A stretch of 64,000 nucleotides of DNA from contig OX597815.1 of the NCBI GenBank assembly GCA_951406725.2, positions 31,124,001 through 31,188,000 on the forward strand, written 5' to 3'. Each line of letters opens with the position of its first letter. Position 1 is the stretch's first letter. The stretch comes from Octopus vulgaris. Lineage: Eukaryota. The translations under genes and the position numbers were made by a program. The notes under the pieces are model-generated. The model did no database searches. It was not told the origin of the DNA and saw only the letters and a program-made list of their open reading frames with translations. This document shows, in pieces, positions 57,039-64,000 of this stretch.

Positions 57039-57844
57039 TATATATATATGTATGTATGTATGTATATGGTTTGGGGTATGTTTAGCTTTTTATTTCCTAG
57101 TATTCCTTCTAGAATGAGAAACGTCACTCCTAACAAAGAAACAAAAGCTCCATTATTGGAATTTGGATAACAATGACAGTGATTGTTAAATATCTAACTT
57201 TTAAAATGTCTTGCGTATTTGTTCTGTTTCGCTTGCAGATTGAGTCACTAAAGTTCGTGTTAGCCATACGCTTTCATCCTTCAAAATCCTGTCTTCTGAC
57301 TGTGGCTTAGGTATTTACTAATGTAACCGAGTGTTGATTATTAATTACTATTAACATATGTTTACAATGAGAGTAGAGGAATTGCAGGCTTCGATGCAGT
57401 TTTCTCGCTGATTTTAGAAGCGATGTTAAATATCTGCAAGACAATTAACATCTATTATATTTATTTACTGGCCCATAGACCTATAAGAGGTCAGTTATGC
57501 TTGCATTTGGTAGAAGTTCTGATGGGAATGTTCCACCAATATTCCTTACACTAAAATGTATGTATGTATGTATGTACGTATGTACGTATGTATGTATGTA
57601 TGTATGTATGTATGTATGTATGTATGTATGTATGTATGTATGTAGGTAGGTAGGTATGTATGTATGTAGGTATGTATGTATGTAGATATGTGTTCCGTAG
57701 CTCGAGTGTTATATTTATCTGAAGGCAGTCATTTCTGCAGATGGCATTGTATATTGTTTCAGCAACACCATCGCATCGAGTAAGTTTTGGATAGCTACTG
57801 ATTACTTGTATTACGTCCTCCACGGAATACAGAGCAAGTCATAT

Positions 57845-60040
57845 AATTTGTGTGGCCAGGGTCACCCTGAACGCAGCATCACCTGCTCAATGATTTCAGG
57901 TCACTAGGTTTGGATGTGATAATCATCACCGAAACCAGGATTATCAATGCACTTGCCTTAGCACTCATGTTTGGAGATTTTGAGATCTTTGCATCTCTTA
58001 CCCAGTTATTTCAGAAGGCCTAGATCTCAAGATACAATCGATCTTCCTGGACCTGGAGGGTAAGATGAAGATACTGGACATGACCGAACGCGAAGATAAT
58101 GTCTTTAGATAAGTCGCCGTGAATTACTTGACTGGCGCAGGGCGGCTGGATTTCTTCAAGCGTGTGCCGATTCTCCTGGAAACATCCTACTATGGGCGAT
58201 TTGAACGCCAGCTTGGATTGCCTAGGGCTTGCTGATAGGAGAGAGGGGTGATGTAAAAGCCTTTCAAACCTGCTCAGTCGTTTCCGATTGGTGCCAGATA
58301 CCAACTGTATTTCCAGAATTCGTTAGTGTTGACATGGGCAAAAGGGTTAAAGACCATCCCAATCGTATATAGATAGAGCATTCTATAATCCGGTAGCACA
58401 GGTCGTTCACAATTCAAAGTTGTCAGCTATAAAGTCTACAAATTTGTGATCTGTGAGGTCGACGTAGGTAGGCTACTCGGACAGAACACTTTTACTGGAA
58501 ACTCAACGCATCTTTTGCATCGTGCCAAGTTTACAGAGACCGAATTATTGATACTAGTTTAAAAGGAGTTGACGATGGTAGTCGTCAGCAACCGATGGGG
58601 TGTTAGTCTAGAATAGGGCTATTAGACTAGAATCAATTAGGTTTAGTAAGAAAATAGTAATAGAGAATTGTAGAGTAGAGAGTTAGCTATTGAGTAACCT
58701 AGAAGAGGCGCTTAAAAAACACTGATTGATATACTGATGATAAGATTCGCCTTGACCGATTCTTCAACGATAAGCACGAATGTTACGTTGTCAGAGTTTG
58801 AAACACCAGGGAACGAAAGCTATTGCAGAGAAGTGCAATGCAACAATAAAGCCAAAACTCGATTTTGATGGGTTGGGAGGTGCGTGTACTACTTGATTCC
58901 AAGCAGATGTGTGCGGCTACTCAGGAGCACTTTTCCCGACTGCTTGGAGCGGACGGGGGACCGGAAGTGACAGTGGTCTTTAGCAAAGTTGGAATTTCAC
59001 TCGATGTCTGCCTCAGCTCTTGACTTGAAGATGCAGAGTTCTAGGAAAGGGTGATGACGAAAGAAAGGAAGCGATGGCTGACTTCTCGAGATAGAAGTCG
59101 CTGGGGCTATGTGGTCTGCCCGACGAGCTTTATTTTCATATGTCAGATATGCTCGAGTACCTTTTGGTAGATATCTACAGTAACTGGCAACAGAACCGAA
59201 AAATTCCCAGGCATGCGAAAAGCGATGTAGTGGTGCAACTGAGAGAGGACCCGAGAAAGGAGATGAATTTAAGAAGTTCAGCTCCGTAACTCTGATAGAT
59301 CCAGAGATAAAGATTTTGGACAGGTTGTTAGCTAAGAGGTTGATACTTGTCGACGATACGCTAGTAGGTGAGGCACGGACACTTGCCATACCAAACAGAT
59401 CTACCCTCATTGCGTTACAGAAAAGATGAGTAAAAACCTGGAATCAATTAAGATATGTCGGCAACTTTCAATAGAGTCCACTATGAGTATTAGGCTGTTG
59501 TCCTGGAGGTGGCTAGTTTCAGGCCAGTATTTAGAGCCTAGATCACTGATAAGTGATATTTGCTCAGTAGACAGAGTAAATGGCTACTTGCCGGTATCAT
59601 TCAGTATCATGAGTTCGGTCCATCAAGTATGCCTACTCTCTACCTTTTTGTACGTAGAAACCCTTGAACTACTATTGTAGAAGTAAATTTGTTGAAAGGC
59701 GGAAAAAACAGATGAAGATTTCCTGAGTGATTGGGCCCAGTCTAAACTGATGCCTATAGGCTAAGTTTAAAGTGAAGAGAGAGAGAGAGACGGACAGACA
59801 GACAGACACATAGAGAGAAGCACTTGCCATGGTACACCTTGGTGAATAAGTTGTCTCAGGGTCTATGGGATTTCTTGATTACCCTTGGGTAGAGTCTTCC
59901 CCACTTGCTGGCGAATTTTGTTTTGAGAATTTTTGTTATCGCTTTTATTGTTTATGCGATTATGTAGATCTTCAATGCCCTTTGTTTTTGTATTGCCCTA
60001 AGTGTTTTCTAGCCCTCGTGGTCAATAAAGAATGTATTAT
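57845..60040 (+). mobile_element. Decayed L1/Tx1-clade LINE (APE endonuclease + RT domains 0-4, internal deletion, 3' UTR)
   Basis: LDVIIITETR, MGDLNASLD, YIDRAF, YWKLNAS, VTLIDPEIKILDRLLAKRL, VNGYL..SVHQVCLLSTFLYVETLELLL; AATAAA at 60024. Confidence 0.87.
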
Positions 60041-60180
60041 CTGTTATTTTTATATTTTACTTGCCTTACTCATTTAAATGCGGCTGTGCTGGGACACTGC
60101 CTTGAAGGAGTTTAGTCAAATGAATCGACACCTGGACTAATAGATTTTTAAAGCCTGGTATTTATTCTATCGATTCCTTT

Positions 60181-60867
60181 GAGAGATATGACAGGTTAGA
60201 GTGGATGCGCAATGGCCCAGTGGTTAGGGCAGCGGACTCGCGGTCGTAGGATCGCGGTTTCGATTCCCAGACCGGGCGTTGTGAGTGTTTATTGAGCGAA
60301 AACACCTAAAGCTCCACGAGGCTCCGGCAGGGGATGGTGGTGATCCCTGCTGTACTCTTTCACCACAACTTTCTCTCACTCTCACTTCCTGTTTCTGTTG
60401 TACCTGTATTTCAAAGGGCCGGCCTTGTCACTCTCTGTTTCACGCTGAATATCCCCGAGAACTACGTTAAGGGTACTCGTGTCTGTGGAGTGCTCAGCCA
60501 CTTACACGTTAATTTCACGAGTAGGCTGTTCCGTTGATCGGATCAACCGGAACCCTCGTCGTCGTAACCGACGGAGTGCTTCCTATGACAGGTTAGCTTG
60601 GGAAGTTAAGCAGCTGTGGTCAATAAAAAAAGGTGGTAGAAGTACCAATAATTGCCGGAGCCCAGGGAACAGTGAGCAAAAATCTCGAGAAGTATGTGAA
60701 CAAATAGGGGCTGCAATACGGGTGGAGCACTTGCAGAAAACAGCATTGCTTGAAACCGCTCGGATATTCCGGAAGGTGCTCGAAAAATAAGAGGTATAAT
60801 CTTAGTTCACTAGTAGTGAACAGCTGACACTGTAATACATCTCCAGCGTTAAAAGCTGTGCAAAGGC
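60181..60867 (+). mobile_element. 3' tip of an R4/Dong-like LINE, interrupted by a SINE, ending in (TAA)n
   Basis: With the SINE removed: ERYDRLAWEVKQLWSIKK..VPIIAGAQGTVSK..LQKTALLETARIFRKVLEK*. Confidence 0.87.
60200..60583 (+). mobile_element. Young full-length tRNA(Arg)-like SINE, head H2 + tail T2, with 13-bp TSD
   Basis: TSD TATGACAGGTTAG at 60187-60199 and 60584-60596; B box GGTTTCGATTCCC. Confidence 0.95.
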
Positions 60868-60876
60868 AATAATAAT

Positions 60877-60956
<80 letters not shown>

Positions 60957-60958
<2 letters not shown>

Positions 60959-63706
60959 CAACGCTACTGAGCAACAAAAAAAGAACAAAAATACTCCGCA
61001 AATATAACATCACAGAGAAAGATTTGCCTGAAATAAAAGAAAAGCTGAAGCAAGATATCCTTGCCAAAGCACAAAGGATCCGCCGGTACAAGAAACGCCA
61101 ACGCTTCTTTGAAGAAAACAAAAATTCAACTCTAACCCCAAAAAGTTCTACCAAGAACTGGGAAAAAATAAAATAGAAGTCACTGCAGCACCAACGGCAG
61201 AAGAATTGGAAGAATTCTGGGGACAAATATGGTCGGCGAACGAACCACCAAAAAAAGGAGTATCAGAATAACAAACTCGGCATCTGAACAACTTTGGACC
61301 CCCAAAACAACTGAAGAGGTCACCCAGGCACTGCAAAGACTAAGCAACTGGAAGGCACCTGGGCATGACAAGATCCCCAACTTCTGGTTGAAATATCTAA
61401 CAGGAATGCACAAAAAGCTGGCTGAAAACTTTAACAAAGTACTAGCAGAGCCAGAGACAATGCCTGAATGGCTCACGAAGGGGAAAACCATCTTAATTCC
61501 CAAATCAAATGAAACAGAAAAACCAGAAAACTACAGACCAATAACCTGCCTCCCTACTATGTTCAAGGCATTTACTGCAGTGATATCACAAAGGCTGAAC
61601 AAGCACCTGGACGAAAACAAACTGTTCCCAGAAGAGCAGAAAGGATGCCGCAAAGGCTCATATGGCTGTAAAGATCAACTAATGATTAATAAAGCCATAA
61701 CTGAAGACAGCCACAGAAAGAAGAAAGGCCTCAGTATGGCCTGGATTGACTACAAAAAGGCGTTTGATAGCATCCCCCACAAATGGATCCTCGAAACACT
61801 AGCCATTAACAAAGTAGCACCAACAATCATAAAATTCATAGAGCACTCTATGAATAAATGGCAAACAGTCCTACACCTCCAAACAAAAGAGGGACTCATG
61901 AAAACCAAAGACATCCCCATTAGAAGAGGAATATTCCAGGGAGACACGCTCTCTCCACTCCTTTTCTGCTTGGCACTGTCACCTCTATCTGATATGCTAA
62001 ATAGAACTGGATGCGGATATAAATGTTACGGCAAAACGATCAGCCACCTTTTATATATGGATGACCTAAAACTATACGCTGCAAATGACAAACAGCTGGA
62101 AACACTATTAAAGACAGTTCATGGATTTACCAAAGAAATAGTTATGAAATTTGGATTAGAAAAATGCGCCAAAGTAACCCTGAAAAGAGGAAAACTAGTT
62201 AAGAGTAACAACATCACACTAGATAAAACCAATGAAATAAAAGAATTAGACCAAAGCCAAACTTACAAATACTTAGGAATCCATGAACTAGATAAGACAC
62301 AACACACACAAATGAAAGAGAAAATAAAAAAAGAATATTATAGACGAGTTAGATCAATACTAAACACAGAGCTCAATGCTAAAAACAAGATAATAGGTAT
62401 CAACACTTTAGCTGTCCCAGTTATAAGTTACAGCTACAATATCCTTAACTGGACACAAAATGAACTGACCAAAATAGATAGGAAAACAAGAAAAATAATG
62501 ACAGGATCTAGGATGCATCACCCAAAATCTGACATAGAAAGACTATATATACAACGTATAGAAGGTGGTAGAGGCCTTATACAGCTGGAAAACTACTACA
62601 AAATAACCACCATAGGACTGCAAAAATATCTACTTCAGAAGGAAGGAAAACTGATCCATATAGCGGCAAAACACGAGCAAAACAAAAAACTGTTCTCAGT
62701 ATTTAAGGAAGCTGACAAATACAAACAAGAAATCATACCACCTAATAAACATGAAGAAGAAGAAGATGAAGAAACAACAAAAGCTATAAAACAAATGAAA
62801 TCCAAACTAAAAATAGAACAGCAACGAACCATGATAAAACGATGGCAAGAAAAGCCCCTTCATGGTAAATACTGGACTAAACTAAACGCAAAAGAAATAG
62901 ACAAAGAAAAATCCCAGCAATGGTTGAGAAGCTCAGGACTCAAAGCAGAAACAGAGGGATTCTTAATTGCAGCACAAGACCAAAGCCTCCCCACCAGAAA
63001 TTACCAAAAACATGTAATGAAAAGAAATATTACAAGTAACTGCAGAATATGTGGAGATGGACAAGAAACAATAAATCATATTATCTCTAGCTGCCCAGTC
63101 TTGGCTAAGAAGGAATATATTCACAGACATGACAGAGTTGGAACCTACATACATTGGAAGCTATGCCAACATTATGGAATAACAACAGAAAAAAGATGGT
63201 ATAGGCACACACCAGAAAAGGTCACAGAAAACGAGAAAGCAACCATACTCTGGGATATGCCGATACACACAGATAGAGAAATTAAGGCCAACAGACCAGA
63301 TATAGTTGTCAGAGATCATGAAGAAGAAAAATGCTTTCTAATTGATGTATCAATACCGGCTGATGACAACGTGTCTCTAAAAGAAATGGAGAAACTCTCA
63401 AAATACAAAGACCTGGAAATAGAGGTAACTGGAATGTGGAATCTGAAAACAGAAACAATTCCTATCATAGTAGGTGCATTAGGCATGATAAAAAATATTC
63501 AGACAAATACATAACAAAAACACCAGGACTTACAAACACATATAACATACAGAAAATTGCACTACTAGGCACTGCACACATCCTACGCAGAACACTTTCC
63601 ATACAATAACCATCAGAGCATCACAACAAATCACAGCACATACCCAAGGCACACAGAGCTGTGCTCGGTAGTGAAGTGAAAGCACGCTATAAAAATAAAA
63701 CTACTG
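60957..63706 (+). mobile_element. Young 5'-truncated R4/Dong-like RLE LINE flanked on both sides by (TAA)n
   Basis: Coding from about 60958 (with frameshifts near 61120-61255) to TAA at 63607-63609 (after a frameshift at about 63490), then ~100-nt 3' UTR; (TAA)n at 60882-60955 and 63711-63776. Confidence 0.95.
61229..63514 (+). CDS. Reverse transcriptase + CCHC zinc knuckle + restriction-like endonuclease (partial LINE ORF; both ends frameshifted)
   Basis: KAPGHD, NYRPITCL, QKGC, IDYKKAFDSIPH, GIFQGDTLSPLLF, YMDD, YKYLG, GGRGL, CRIC..ETINHIISSC, RHD, RPDIV, IDVSIP, KLSKY. Confidence 0.93.
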   Translation: MVGERTTKKRSIRITNSASEQLWTPKTTEEVTQALQRLSNWKAPGHDKIPNFWLKYLTGMHKKLAENFNKVLAEPETMPEWLTKGKTILIPKSNETEKPENYRPITCLPTMFKAFTAVISQRLNKHLDENKLFPEEQKGCRKGSYGCKDQLMINKAITEDSHRKKKGLSMAWIDYKKAFDSIPHKWILETLAINKVAPTIIKFIEHSMNKWQTVLHLQTKEGLMKTKDIPIRRGIFQGDTLSPLLFCLALSPLSDMLNRTGCGYKCYGKTISHLLYMDDLKLYAANDKQLETLLKTVHGFTKEIVMKFGLEKCAKVTLKRGKLVKSNNITLDKTNEIKELDQSQTYKYLGIHELDKTQHTQMKEKIKKEYYRRVRSILNTELNAKNKIIGINTLAVPVISYSYNILNWTQNELTKIDRKTRKIMTGSRMHHPKSDIERLYIQRIEGGRGLIQLENYYKITTIGLQKYLLQKEGKLIHIAAKHEQNKKLFSVFKEADKYKQEIIPPNKHEEEEDEETTKAIKQMKSKLKIEQQRTMIKRWQEKPLHGKYWTKLNAKEIDKEKSQQWLRSSGLKAETEGFLIAAQDQSLPTRNYQKHVMKRNITSNCRICGDGQETINHIISSCPVLAKKEYIHRHDRVGTYIHWKLCQHYGITTEKRWYRHTPEKVTENEKATILWDMPIHTDREIKANRPDIVVRDHEEEKCFLIDVSIPADDNVSLKEMEKLSKYKDLEIEVTGMWNLKTETIPIIVGALGMIKNIQTNT

Positions 63707-63707
63707 A

Positions 63708-63710
63708 ATG

Positions 63711-63780
<70 letters not shown>

Positions 63781-63802
63781 TTACTATTATTGTTGTTGTT
63801 GT

Positions 63803-63836
<34 letters not shown>

Positions 63837-63878
63837 GGCGGTGGTAGTAGTAGTAGTAGTTGTTGTTGTTGTTGTTGC

Positions 63879-63966
<88 letters not shown>

Positions 63967-63990
63967 ATTGTTGTTGTTGTTGCAGTTGTA
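63708..63990. repeat. Compound trinucleotide array (TAA)n..(TAG)n(TGG)n(TAG)n(TTG)n
   Basis: Directly visible. Confidence 0.97.
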
Positions 63991-64000
63991 GTAAGGTGGT

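Overview
AT-rich eukaryotic intronic or intergenic DNA with no confidently identifiable host protein-coding gene. Its SINE families and extreme microsatellite load suggest an octopus-like coleoid cephalopod (inference). The window is a patchwork of microsatellites, modular tRNA-derived SINEs, decayed Tc1/mariner transposons, two Penelope-like fragments and L1/Tx1, CR1/L2 and RTE LINE fragments. It also holds two head-to-tail stacks of R4/Dong-type RLE retrotransposons associated with (TAA)n tracts, one with an uninterrupted 761-codon RT-CCHC-RLE frame. The most notable structures are: a local inverted duplication (16819-17142 / 18580-18935) with a 97/99-nt inner stem, a candidate dsRNA/ADAR substrate; (TAA)n-targeted LINE stacking; a candidate minimal hammerhead ribozyme beside a Penelope GIY-YIG; a SINE tail shared with an L1/Tx1 LINE; a mirrored ~200-bp microsatellite palindrome; and an identical 124-bp patch displaced by exactly 1000 bp inside a decayed LINE. 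Family names come from motif recognition, not database searches, and the edges of decayed elements are approximate. I found no convincing wholly new protein-coding system.
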